Assembly (NCBI GenBank): GCA_964036045.1
Contig: OZ038378.1
Location: 184,450,001-184,483,000, forward strand
Length of the DNA: 33,000 nt
DNA from: Eutreptiella sp. 'Long Island Sound 2002'
Lineage: Eukaryota > Protista > Euglenida
Reading direction: 5' to 3'
Positions 9,619 through 21,310 of this stretch are shown in pieces (positions within the stretch are counted from its first letter, which is position 1; each line of letters begins with the position of its first letter). The notes beneath the pieces were generated by a model. It ran no database searches and was not told where the DNA came from. It saw only the letters and a list, made by a program, of their open reading frames with translations. The translations under genes were made by a program, and so were the position numbers.

Positions 9619-10527
9619 GCTGCAGGTAGGCTGCGCTTCCCACAAACGCATATGAAGACTGGCATTGTGCACATGCTACGCCGATGGTCGGGTCGGCTCG
9701 TCCGTTTCGTGCACCCAACTACACTCACTCACCCCCTGCCCCCTGCCCTCCAAACAAAATCATGCGCCTGACCCCCCCCCCCCGAGACCCCCCCCCCGCC
9801 AGCATCATTGAGTAGGACAGCAAAACCATCATTTTTTTGAGCTTTCCAGAGGAAGGACAACCCACTGGTCACGATCATTTCGTTGAATGTACCCACAAGT
9901 GAAGAGAATTTACGTGTGTGCTCGTGTGGGAACATGTGTTCTCGTGTTTCTTTTTTGGGGGGGGGGGGGCGGTTGCCATGAAGGCTGAGTAAGTGTGCGT
10001 GTTGATACTTCCGGTGGAACGCACCGGTTTTCCAGGGACACGTTGTCTCCATGGCTTGTCCACAGCCAGTGGCGAAACAGTACTATTAGTAGCCGAGAGT
10101 GGGACAGCTGTCCTCACCTCTGCTCACAATTGCTGCCTCTCCCCTTTGACGACCCCCCCATGCTGGCGCTGGCATGCTTCACTGTCATTCCCATGACAGT
10201 GAAGTTTGGAGGGTGTGCTCCGCCACTGGTGTGGGAAATGCATCACAGGATCAGGGTCCGATTACCAAGTGTTACCCATCGGCGGTGCGCAGCATTTCCA
10301 GACATTTTGCGGTGGTTTTTTGTGTGTGGTGTGGGAGGAGGCGTTGCCCCTACCATTATTTATGGGTGGCAAACAAGTAGGGCTCGTACCCATAAACCAG
10401 TTCACATACCCACTCTGTCCTCCAAATGGACACATATGCCACAAGCGCGTTCTTTCCTGATCGATCATATCTGTCTCTGTCTTTTGGTTGATAGTGGAGC
10501 TAGTGCAGTTTCTCTGTGACTCACATG

Positions 10528-11387
10528 TCTCTCAGGGACGTTGCTGAATATGCCAACACGGAGCGTTTTTGGGGGTCGGAGCCCTTGTTGCCTCATTTGT
10601 GCCCACTGAGTGTCCCGGAGGTAGGGGTATGTGGGGTATATCTGGAAAGCCCTTGAAGAGGGCTTTTCGGAGATGTATGGGTTAGGGGGGGTTCCGGAAC
10701 CAGATTCCAAAACTTGGCCATTACCGTTGATAGGTTGGCTTTTTTTTTTGCCTGTTCTGTTCAGATTTCAGACAAACTGCACCGCAACCCTACCCCCATT
10801 AGCAGGTGTGCTTTTTTTTTGGGGGGGGGGTAGAGGTACCCCCCTAGTTTGGGGATGGGTGGTTCAAAAAATATTGTTTTGGAGAAGGTTGGGGCAGTGT
10901 ACAAGGGCAAAATTATGGGGGGGGGGGATGGGGCAGGACATCACTGTTGATAGGATCCCACCCAGAGTAGGAAAATGGCCGTTTTACCCCTAATAGTAGC
11001 CCATCCCTACCCTTTGGCCCCCCCAATACCATGGAATTTGGATTTGGAAACATTCCCCTTCCGTTTGTTCATGTTCATCATTCACAGTCACTTTTAGGGG
11101 TGAATCATGGCTCACGTCACCAATTTTATCCCGAAGTTGCCTATTTTTAGCAATCTGCGTCGGATAACGTCATGCCCTATTTTTAGTCCTTCCAACCCTT
11201 TACTAGGCACCAAAACCCATCTCTGCCCCTCGAAAATGCCTTCCAAAACGTTGTTGTTTTTTTAGTTCCCCGCCGTCAAAATAGGGGGAGGGTGTCGTTA
11301 CGTCGACACTTCAGAGCGAAAATTGCAAAATTCCCCAAAAAGTGGCAAACCACTCCGTGTTGGCATATTATGAATGTCCCCGAGAGA
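10528..11387. repeat. Pair of ~36-bp imperfect inverted repeats (10528-10563 and 11353-11387), possible MITE ends
   Basis: TCTCTCAGGGACGTTGCTGAATATGCCAACACGGAG versus the reverse complement TCTCTCGGGGACATTCATAATATGCCAACACGGAG, sharing an exact AATATGCCAACACGGAG core. No TSD found. Confidence 0.55.
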
Positions 11388-13799
11388 TGCACAATTCCCC
11401 CCCCCCCTTCAACCCCCAACCCCTGCAAGAACAAGCCCTTGTCAGAACAACAGAAGGTGTTGTTTCCGCAACTTTTGTCTCTGCACTAACCCTTGTACAC
11501 ACGGCGTTCAGGACCTAAATAGGCTGACCTGCTTTTGGGTGTCCATGAAGACCAAGGTTTTTATGTGATTCGGGTCTGGGATGGCATTTCAGGGATACTG
11601 AATGCTGTCCTGCCACCCACTTTCACCCCTTCTTGTCGTTGGAGGTGGAGATTGGGGAATCACCTGACGATTAGTATTCATGACGCAACAGTCACTGCTT
11701 GTGTCTCCGTGCAGCGCACCCGAACAACGCCCTCCTCAGAGCAACGTCAGGTGTTGTTTCCCTTAAGTGCAGTGTTTTTAGGGGGTGGGGCCCAATGCTT
11801 GCAGGTGCTTACCTGCCAACAACTGGTCGTTATACCAGGGCAAGGCCCATTCTATATACATTACAGAACATGTGCATTCACTGCAAAGAAAAGTATGGGA
11901 ACTCGGGTTCTCATGTACCAGTGGAGGGGCAGCTTTCCCAGGGCTCTTTTTGACAACTCGGCACCAATGGGGGGGGGGGGGGGATCCCACACCACCCACG
12001 CACCCCTTAAGATATTAGTGTCCATTTTTTCACCTGCGCTTTTGGCGCAGTCAAGCTTTTTTTCGTGGCTCCGAGACCCTGCTGCAGGAGGGAGGGGGGG
12101 GGGGGGGCTGCCTGCCTTTTTTGAAATTCTGGGTGCCCTCAGCGGAATCACCCCCCCCCCCAGTGTTGTAGTACCAGGCATTAGAATTGATGGTCCTTGG
12201 ATCCATCCATCGGACACACAAACTTTTACATGTTAGTTGTGTTATGTTTTCCCATTTTTTCACAGCTCATCATGGTATTACTTTGCAAATGTGGTATGAG
12301 GATTTTTCGGCACCTCTAAAAACTCAGCACCACTGGGGGGCACCAATCAATGGGCACCAAAGAGCAAGGCTGGTACCCCTGGACTAATTCACGCCCTCTC
12401 AGTCGTTCAACAGAAAGGTACCTATGGATATATGTGCCATAAGAAGTTCTGTCTTTGTCATGTGTGCCTGCCTCTCCTGCAACCCACCACAGCCACAGCT
12501 GACAGAAATCTTCCAGGGTTCACTGCGAACCCACGCTGAGTTCTGTGCCGTGTACAGCTGAGTGACATAGCTTTGACGAGTGGCCCCCAAAGGGCAACCC
12601 AAACTCTTTTCAAGGCTGAGGTTTGGGGTCACACTGAAAACTGGGCATATGACCATGTTCATTCATAGTCATAATGCTTGGAAATTTAAAGCTCGGAAGA
12701 AAGACCCATTTAGTTCTATGCGTTTTGGGCAGTGCGTGCCGACTTCTGGTTGTAGGATTCGAAATGGTTGAATTTGGGCACATTGCAACGTTGTGGATGG
12801 TAAACCCCTTAGAATGAAGCTCTTCATCATCTGAGAAATCTGTGCAGCCATATCAGCCCAGAGGTGCCCGGGTGACATTGTTGTGCACTTTGTGTACCGC
12901 AAGCTGCACTGAATGTGGCAGCACCTGCCCCACGTGCGCGGCCCATGCACCCCACAGATCATTCACTGAGAAACCCCAAGCATGAAAACAGCCCACCAAG
13001 GTCTCCAAGAATAGAAAAGCCTAACCTGCTGGATTTGGATCTCCAAAGAAGAGAGGAGTATCATGGCAACAGAAAATAGTCTCACAGGTAAGAAACATGC
13101 CACGCTATGCTATGTTTGGAACGGTGTTCAAAAAGGCTACAAAACAGCCTACAGGTTATTACAGGTGCATTTTTGTGCACTAATCCCCAAGCAACTTTCT
13201 CTCTTCTAAATTGTTGGCTGGCACTTTTGGGCTGGTGAATGCGGTGTTTTGGTGGTTTTTGGACTGCTTCGTGTACAATTCCCGCCTTTCTCCCCACCTT
13301 TTGCACCCCCCCCCCCCCCCCCGGGAGAACGTCACTTCAACGTTTTGCTGGTTAATTTCTATTACGGCCGTTTGCATTGCCTATTTGTCACACAGGGCTT
13401 CTTTGCATTGGTTTCCTACTTATTCAAATCAATCACCTGTGTGTGTTCTGTGATATTCTCTCTCCAAAGGTGGTGTATGGAGCGTTGTGTTGGTTTCTCA
13501 GACCCAGGATGTTTTCTCTCGGTGATCATGTACAGTACCACTCATGCAGAGTTAGTGGTCATGTTGGCCACTGTTGTGGGGCTTTCACGTCGCCCCCCTG
13601 CAAGGCGAGAGCAAAGCTAGCCCCCAAAGTAGGCCGGTCGGGTTGCTCAAGCGGTCGCTAAACTAGCTACCCAATTAGCTCCACGCTCAATTGCTTCTTC
13701 ATCATCAGCACGTGCCACACATTCACAAACTTAGTGCCCGCTATGCAAACCGAATATGTGCCACAGTTCAAAGTTTCAAAGTGTGGCATCTTTAAGGTA

Positions 13800-16100
13800 A
13801 GCTTACCTTATACCCAAAAGCTCTTTACTTTCGCTTGGTTCTCCAACAATATAGGCATTGCATCAATGGTATTGGCACCACATCAATGCAAAAGTTGATT
13901 CGCGCATGTTCTATATGTTTGTATGCTTGCATGCAGTGGAGGATACCAATTTTGTTTTGAAATACTATTGCAATCCTCCATGCCCTGGGAGACACTCTTA
14001 TTCGAAGCAAACAGAGTTTGAAACCGCCATGTGCTAGAAAGATGAGACATTTGGTAGAAGTTGGTAGGAGTTTTTTGAGAATTTTGTGAATGCACGGCAG
14101 TAACATGTTTGCAATGTGTATATGCAAAGTGGTTGCCGCAGCGACCGGGCACATGCCGCACCCACCCTTGATTGACATAGGGTACCAAACTAAAAAATAG
14201 TCAAAACGTACCCTTAAGAAAGCAATGTTAGGCTTTTTTGTATTTGTGTATCTACATTGACTTTGGGAGTCTCCGGACACGCTGATGGTTCGGGGCAAAC
14301 CCCCCGGTTTTTTCCACGTCCCCAAAATTAGTGAAAATGCCAATATGTATATTCACCAACCCCCCCCTCTTTTTTAGCTAGGATTAAGGTTTCGTGTGAA
14401 AGCATTGGGTATATTTCATATTTAGAAAGGGAACAAGGGGTGTTTGTTTACATAAAAATATAGGGACGAAATGGAAAAGCCAAAGATAAAGCCAATTACA
14501 ATATATGCGGTCGGTCACATTTTGGGTCAAGATAGAAGCAAGATACGAAAGATTGCTTCCCATTTCTTAATTCAAATATCATTTTCCGATGCGTCCAACA
14601 GCCATGAGCAAACATTAGTTGAAGGAGATGGTACACCGAATCGAGGATGTTGATTTGTTACTTTAACCGCCCACCACCCTGTGGTGCCAATAAAGTACTG
14701 AGAGCGGTTGATTATGTCGAGCTCGTCTTCAAATCTTCCCATGAACCATGTGGCTCAAGGTGCCCATGTACATATCCTTTTGCTTTCCTAACCAAAACAT
14801 CCAGCATTTCCATACCCAAAGGGCGATGGCTCGCTAACAAAGATGTATGGGTAAGGATACAGCCAAATGGGAGCGGTGCAAGGAAGCAATCAGCTTACGC
14901 AAACTCTAAATTGTAACATGTCGCAGAGTAGGTGTTCATGACCATGCCGAAAAACCATTTTGGGTAGGATTGTAAAATACTAACCAAAAAAAGATCCCAC
15001 AAAATAAGCCCTTTATCCCGTTCACTTCCATTTTTGCGCAGTAGAAACATATGTTGAAAAATATCTTTTACATAGTAATGGATGCTACTTTTATGCTTTT
15101 TCTGTATAGGGTTAGACATTCAAGAATTACTATGTTAGAAAAAAGAGTCCACTTTGCACGTTTTTTCAAACTTCATGCTTGATGCATTGGAAAACCTATC
15201 TAAAGAGGTTTGCAATGCACGGAGGCCCATGCATGGGGATACATGTGTGATCGGCAAGCTTGAACGATTGTTTGCACCCCGGCAAAGCGGTGACTGGTGA
15301 ACAAATGGGCCGAGATGGATAGCATTGCAGGCGCTCTTTAATTCAACCCATCCATGATTTCTGTGTTTTTTTGCTTGATTGTTTACGGAAGTTAGTTGTC
15401 TCAATGCTTGAATCTTGATAACGTATGATAGATTTTGGATCAATGCTTGAATAGTACGTAGTAGAGTGTCTCCTTTCTGTATTCAAAAGCTTTGTTTGAC
15501 TATTGCCATGTAATTCATGGTGATTTGCACTTCGTGAAGGGCTTGAACTAAGTTCGGATTCAACGACAGCAACTGTGCATCCTATTTTGCGTTCGTCGAG
15601 TGATGTCACATTTTAGGCAAAGATTGGAGGGTTCGATGTGAAAGATTGATTACTAAATTTTGAAACTATGGGCGGATAGAGGGTTAAATGGAACCTAAAA
15701 GTGTGGTAGCAAAATTGTGGTTTGACTTGACACATAAGGTGTAGTATGCTCTTGTAGTTAGTTTGGCTGGGCAACTTCACAAAAGACATTGTGGCCATGG
15801 CATATTTGAAGACCATAGGGCGCCTCAATGCACCTCTTCAACATCGTCGGTGAAAGCAAAGGCGCCTGGCAAGGCAAAGCTGCCACTCTAACTTGAGTCA
15901 GTGCCCAAGCATGGTGCCGAACATTCCTCAAAGCCTTCCCTTTCCGCCTTAAACATGGTGATGGTAGGAAAAGAAGTAAAAGAAAGGGCAAAGTAACGGT
16001 AGTGGTAAAAAGAAGGGTGGAGAGAAGGGTTAGGATTGTCCAAGGGCACCAATGAATCATTATTCGCTACGGTACAAAGATGAAACAACGGAGTCCCCTC
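13800..16100 (-). mobile_element. Decayed non-LTR retrotransposon (LINE-like ORF2 remnant)
   Basis: AT-richer region with frameshifted, stop-ridden motifs in LINE order on the - strand: F*IQKGDTL (about 15490-15465), LADHTCI at the YADD position (LADH at 15258-15247), LQTSLDRFSNASSMKFEK (about 15215-15160), and a C-terminal Zn-knuckle-like FCIxCG...PILL...KVKSFW (about 13895-13810, needs a frameshift). Boundaries are approximate. Confidence 0.55.
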
Positions 16101-16652
16101 AGAACCATGCATCAATGGCCTTGTTGGGACTCCTTGCGGTTCACCAACGGCAGCCAACATTATTTCAGGTTTGCTTAAGACACATTGACATTCCAGCCTG
16201 TCTTTCACCTACGTACAGATCAGGAGTTAGTGTGTTGTGCAATACCAAAGTGGCACGGGTCACGGCTCATTTGCCACAACTGTAAGACCCTTGTACTAAT
16301 TCTACAAGCATTTAAATGAACATGGCCATCACCACCATGCCATTTTTGCTAGTTTGTATGCGATGTGAACCTGGTCCCCAATATGCTTCTAACGGTACCC
16401 CCTCTGGACAAAAGCAAGCAATAGACACTGACACAAAGCCACAAATGAAAATTTGGAGGCAAACTAAAATGATTTGCATAACTTAGGTTTCTTGTAGCAC
16501 TCAATTTCTCCTCGAACAACTCTAAACTTTTTGGATTCGATTGTTTGCATCCATATTTCCATCAATTCAATCCCTTGCCTCCTCAATCACCTCCCCAACC
16601 ACTACAACCAGTTCAACGAGCACAAGAACACTTTTTGGATTTGATTTTTGGG

Positions 16653-17828
16653 TGGTGCGTACTAAAAAACCCCCCGTTTTTGTACTAAAAAACCCCCCGT
16701 TTGTACTAAAAAAAACCCCACTCTAAAGTGTACTAAAAAAAACCCCTAATTATACTAAAAAACCCCCGGGGGGTTTTTTAGTATAATTGGGGGGGTTTTG
16801 GGCGGGGTGTTTTTTAGTATATTTCGGGGGGTTTTTAAGTACATTTCGGGGGGGGGGGTTTAGTACATTTCGGGGGGGTTTTTAGTACAGTTTGGGGGGC
16901 TTTTTGGTACAGTTGGGGGGGGGGGTTTAGTACATTTGGGGGGGTTTTTTAGTGCATTTCACGAGATCTTTTAATACATTTCCGGGGGTTTTGTAGTATG
17001 TTTTGGGGGGCTTTTTAGTACATTTCGGGGTATTTTCGGGGCAATGTGAGCCCTGAGTCTCAGTCCCGGAAGACAAGTTGTCTACATGTTGTGCTGTACG
17101 TAGAACACCCGTGGGGATGTGGGGGGTTGCCCCATTTCCATTACCGGTAGGACAAAGCCTCTGGCCCGGCCCCTGGCCCCTCGGCCCCGGAATCCGGAGG
17201 TTGATGAGGAGGTGCGATGGGACCCACCCCCACGTATCATCCGCCCAAAGGAGAGGAATGTGAGACCACGGTCGAACATGGGTTACCTCTCTGGGCAGAA
17301 CCCGCAGGTGGGTACTGCTCGCGGCGACCGAGCCCTTCTCCCACATGGGGGAGCCGCTTTGTGGGGGCACGTGAAGTAGGGCCGTGGGTGGGTTAGCCAA
17401 AGCCTCTTGGTAAGACCCCTTCGGGGGCAACCCCAGTCCCGACATGACCTACCTACCTACCTCCATTACCGGTATGAAGGTAGGAGGGGCGATGCAGGGT
17501 CATGGAAGCACATGTGATTGTACATTCAGTGTTTTGCTTCACATTGCTCTACGTATGTGTTTTGCATTCTTCGTGTGTCTGCCTGGAGGGGCATTCTGCT
17601 TTGCTTCACACCCCCAGATTTCAGTGGGGTCCCCCATTTAGTGTGGGGGACCCAATTTTGGGGTTTTTTAGTACATGTTGGGGGGTTTTTTAGACGGGGG
17701 TTTTTAGTACAAAAAGGGGGGTTTTTTGGTACAAAAGTGGGGTTTTTTAGTACAAAACGGGGGGTTTTTAAGTACAAAACGGGGGGTTTTTAAGTACAAA
17801 ACGGGGGGGGGGGGTTTCGTATTCACCA
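16653..17828. mobile_element. Non-autonomous Foldback/Mutator-like DNA transposon with modular inverted repeats
   Basis: Identical 10-bp direct repeats GATTTTTGGG at 16643-16652 and 17829-17838. Termini TGGTGCGTAC...GTATTCACCA. Arms are built from repeated GTACTAAAAAACCCC(C) units, forward at about 16659-16767 and reverse at about 16768-17035 and 17655-17815. No transposase ORF. Confidence 0.85.
17149..17461 (+). mobile_element. Nested 313-bp retroposon (SINE or 5'-truncated LINE 3' end) with (CCTA)n tail
   Basis: Exact 13-bp direct repeats TCCATTACCGGTA at 17136-17148 and 17462-17474. The insert ends in ACCTACCTACCTACC. Confidence 0.8.
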
Positions 17829-19692
17829 GATTTTTGGGTCCATCAATTGGATCCCCCACCTCCTCAACCACCTCCCTAAGCACTCAAACCGGTTCAGGGA
17901 GCAGAAAAATTCCTTAACTTAAAGTCTCTTAAGTTGTTATTGCCAATGAATTAGTTGAAACTTGTCTAGGAAAAACCAATGGTGGAGAATGAAATTGGCA
18001 AAAACAAACAAGCAGCAAATCTTCCTCAAAGCTTTTGGGTAGGCATGCCTTTGCCCAACAGCCACAGAAATACCCACCATCACCTGAGCCATTATCAACA
18101 TGGTGACCTTGGCTTTGGCCTTTGCAAATGACCGGCACAATGAGTGTGCTAACAGTTGCCAACCAAAAAAAAATGGTCACCTTATGGTTGTTTTACCACA
18201 GCTTTACTTTGTTCCACAGCTCTGATGATTGTCAAGCCAAACAATGCAGCAAGCTGCTTTGGCGATTTCTCAAATAATCCCATGGGGGGCTTCCCGAAGA
18301 TGATTTGGAGGATTTGAGACCAAAACCAAAGATATATATCCACTGTGCTTTCATAAAAGGCTGAAGGCAGTACTTTCACCTGGTCCTTGCGGTGTACATA
18401 CAAGGCAGTTTTCAGGTTTTACGTGACTGTATGGATACACTGAGACGCACTGAATCGAACACAAACGGGGAATGCAACCCAGAAATTGGAATCAAACAAA
18501 AAAAAAGGTGGGGGTCTTTGCGATGGTGGAAAACACACTCGATGGGGCGTGTTTGAGCTGTGCATCATCTATTTGGTGATTTGCATGAGGCATTGGACTT
18601 GCTTTCTGTGAAGAAAAAGGGGTGCCCTATGAGGGGGCTGAAATCGCACTGCACACACCGCGTGCACCACATGTGTCAGAGGAAGTAACAGTTCAATGGA
18701 AAATGCACCCTTTTTGAAGGCCAGTAGGGACAGTGGCCTGAGGGGTTTACATGCAACATCCAAAGACCTCATCCCTAGGGCGTTGGTGGGTGCAGCTGCC
18801 CAAACCCCCTGCCGAAGAGGCTGTATCCTTGCCGTAGAAAAGGAAACACAGCTCTCACAACCCAAAGAAGACTCAGCACGCGACATGGGGAACATGAGGT
18901 GGTCCAGTGGGCAGTGCGGATATCGCTGGGAATGGCCAGACCGTTCATATTGGATTGCCATACAGTCCGGGGCGGATGATGGGCCCACAATGGTGGCGGG
19001 TACACGCTCGCCCTCAGTGCCTCAATGGAAGACAACACTGCCTGGCTCCAAGACTTCAACATTCATTGATATGTGAGCTGTTGAGATGAACGGAGACAAC
19101 ACATTGCAATGTAACACTTGTTCATCTGCACCATTATGCCCAATTCGCCCAAAAGAATGCCCCTCAAGAGTGTCTTGCCAATACACACGAATGGCATTGC
19201 CCAATCATTGCGTTAAGTCCCCACTTTCCACTTTGAAGCAACGTTCAGTGTTACCACAATTTGTATGCACCAGGCTGACATCACGCACCACACCACACGC
19301 AATGCGCGGGCGGCACCCTCTATCGTGTCACCCAACACGTTGCCACCCCAAATCAAAGGCAGCTTCATCTCTCCAAACGGCAATAGGCACATATGTGCAT
19401 GTACCATAGGGCTGATTCCAGTTTTGGCACGAATACCAGATGGAATGCAGTGCAGCATAATTGCCTGGCTGTCAGTGAAAAGAGCCTGTACTTACATCTT
19501 GCACAGCCATTTTGTTGTGTTCTGGCGGACCCTGCGTCTGAGCTCGAATGTACACTTTGGTTAGATGTCAGGATGAGGTACTTTAGGTCAGCAGGGGTGC
19601 TTTTGGGTGAAGTTTGCGAAGGTTGAGTGTCCCTGGATGGCCCAGGGTCCTGTTGCCCACTGTCTACACCTGATGGTCTAGCATCTGCATAC

Positions 19693-21254
19693 GCAGTGAA
19701 CACCACACAGTTGGCATTTCTCCTGTATTCCTTCATGCCTCATTGTGATGTGGGGTTGCGTGGCAATTGTGGTGTGAGGGAACCAATAGCCTGTAGAGTT
19801 GTGTGCTGTACACATATTGATGTGGCTGAGGGTGGGGGCCTGCAACACTCTGTTGGCACGAAAAGGCAGCCTCCTGGTACAACAGTTCCTGTGCCCAGTC
19901 TTGGGCTACCAACAGCCCCATGACAATATCGCACAATATCGTGGGTGAATGTGTTCCTGTCTTCCCTGGATGGATGGCACCTCAACAGTGTGCAGTTGTT
20001 CCAAGCGGTCATACATCTGAGGTTGTGGTGCCAGACATCTTGCACAGTTTTTTCTTTGTACTCCGGCACCGCAGAAGTTCTCAGTCCGGCAGTGGGTCTA
20101 TGAACATCTACAAACATCTTGCACAGTTTTCCAAGATCGAAAACGAGGAAAGAAATATACCACATGTGCATTGGCTACCCACGCCATTTGTTTGTATCCG
20201 GCAAACCTTGCATTCAAGGAATATCTCAGAGTATCCCAGATCAGGGGTCAGTTTAGACAGCATACAAGGTGAGCTACACAGGGTGAGTGTGTTTCATCTG
20301 ACAGAGGGGGTGTTTGCCCTGCGCGCGCCCTGCGCGCTACTTTTATTAGGACTTTCCCAAATTGAGTCCCCGAGTTTACCATTACTGTATGAAGTCCCCA
20401 AGTAGACCGACAGCTGCCTCTTGCCTACCAAATGAAGCAACAAACCATCCATGCACAACATTGAACAAACTGCCACAGACTGCTGTATCCTCCGGACGGA
20501 TGGGATCGTAGTCTGGGACCGGTAGCCATGTGGCCATTTTGGCGAGCAAGTCCACCTCCCCATTGCGCCGGATTTGCTCATGTTCCTGTGCACTGCGGGC
20601 CTCGGACTCTTGACAGTGACTGGGGATCTACTCTATGATGACTCGCTTGTGTTGTGTGTGGTCACACACCTTGTGGCGGACGTCGGAATAAGAGCACTCC
20701 CGCATGGGTCGTTTGTCGGCACATTTGGTCACGGCCATGTTGTCGATGTACTGCTTGTCACCGTTGGATGCTATCGCCGTCCAGGGACGTGCCTTCAGGC
20801 TGCTTTTGATTGTACCAACCCCTTCAAATGCACCAAAGTGTAGAGGAAGCAAACGTGGTACCCATAGGCCGCCGGGTTGACGCCCTAGGACCCGTGGGAA
20901 CAAAATCAGACCTAGCTACCTAACCTCTGCCTTCTGGGGGGCCAAAAATGGGCGGATTGGCTACATAACCGCTGCCTTCTTACGGGTCCCACACCATTGG
21001 GATTGGAAATAGCCCAAAAAGTTGCCCTGCGAACGCCCTGCGCGCTAACGCTCCCTCAAAGGCGCCTATGCCCCCCCAATTAGAATATCCTACCTCTACA
21101 TGTTCACTCTGACAATCGCCATACCTGACGGCACTGTGTATTGGTGAGATGATGGTACCGGCTGAGAAGATTCTTGAGCAAACGGATGGTACGGGTTGAA
21201 AAACAGAAGAGGAACGACAACGTACACCATCACACTAGGCACAACCACGGGCAT
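19693..21254 (-). CDS. Multi-exon gene for an unknown protein with an N-terminal hydrophobic signal/anchor. Exons 21254-21125, 20821-20670, 20585-20429, 20107-19910, 19790-19693; 3' end unresolved
   Basis: Four consecutive GT-AG introns (303, 84, 321, 119 bp) with matching phases (1,0,1,1) give a stop-free protein: MPVVVPSVMVYVVVPLLFFNPYHPF...KARPWTAIASNGDKQYIDN...LLAKMATWLPVPDYDPIRPEDTAVCGSLFNVVHGWF...GYWFPHTTIATQPH. No family recognised. Confidence 0.7.
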
Positions 21255-21310
21255 GCTCCTTACAGCTAACAAGGGTAGAACCACACATTCTCATCCTTGA
21301 ATCCATGTAG

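Larger units (their letters stand above)
16526..17912 (+). repeat. Diverged ~104-bp tandem duplication that is the target site of the 16653-17828 element
   Basis: ACTTTTTGGATTCGATTGTTTGCATCCAT (from 16526) matches ACTTTTTGGATTTGATTTTTGGG|TCCAT across the insertion. The 16560-16630 segment (CATCAATTCAATCCCTTGCCTCCTCAATCACCTCCCC...) matches 17841-17910 (CATCAATTGGATCCCCCACCTCCTCAACCACCTCCCT...). Confidence 0.7.

Noticed and set aside
17190-17225. Similarity of - strand WVPSHLLINL to WIPHLLNHL in the flanking repeat
   Set aside because: Lies inside an independent TSD-flanked insert and rests on a short C-rich match; likely coincidence.
16653-17828. CRISPR-like appearance of the module arrays (also the AACCG arrays)
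   Set aside because: No constant repeat with unique fixed-length spacers, no cas genes, and a eukaryotic context.
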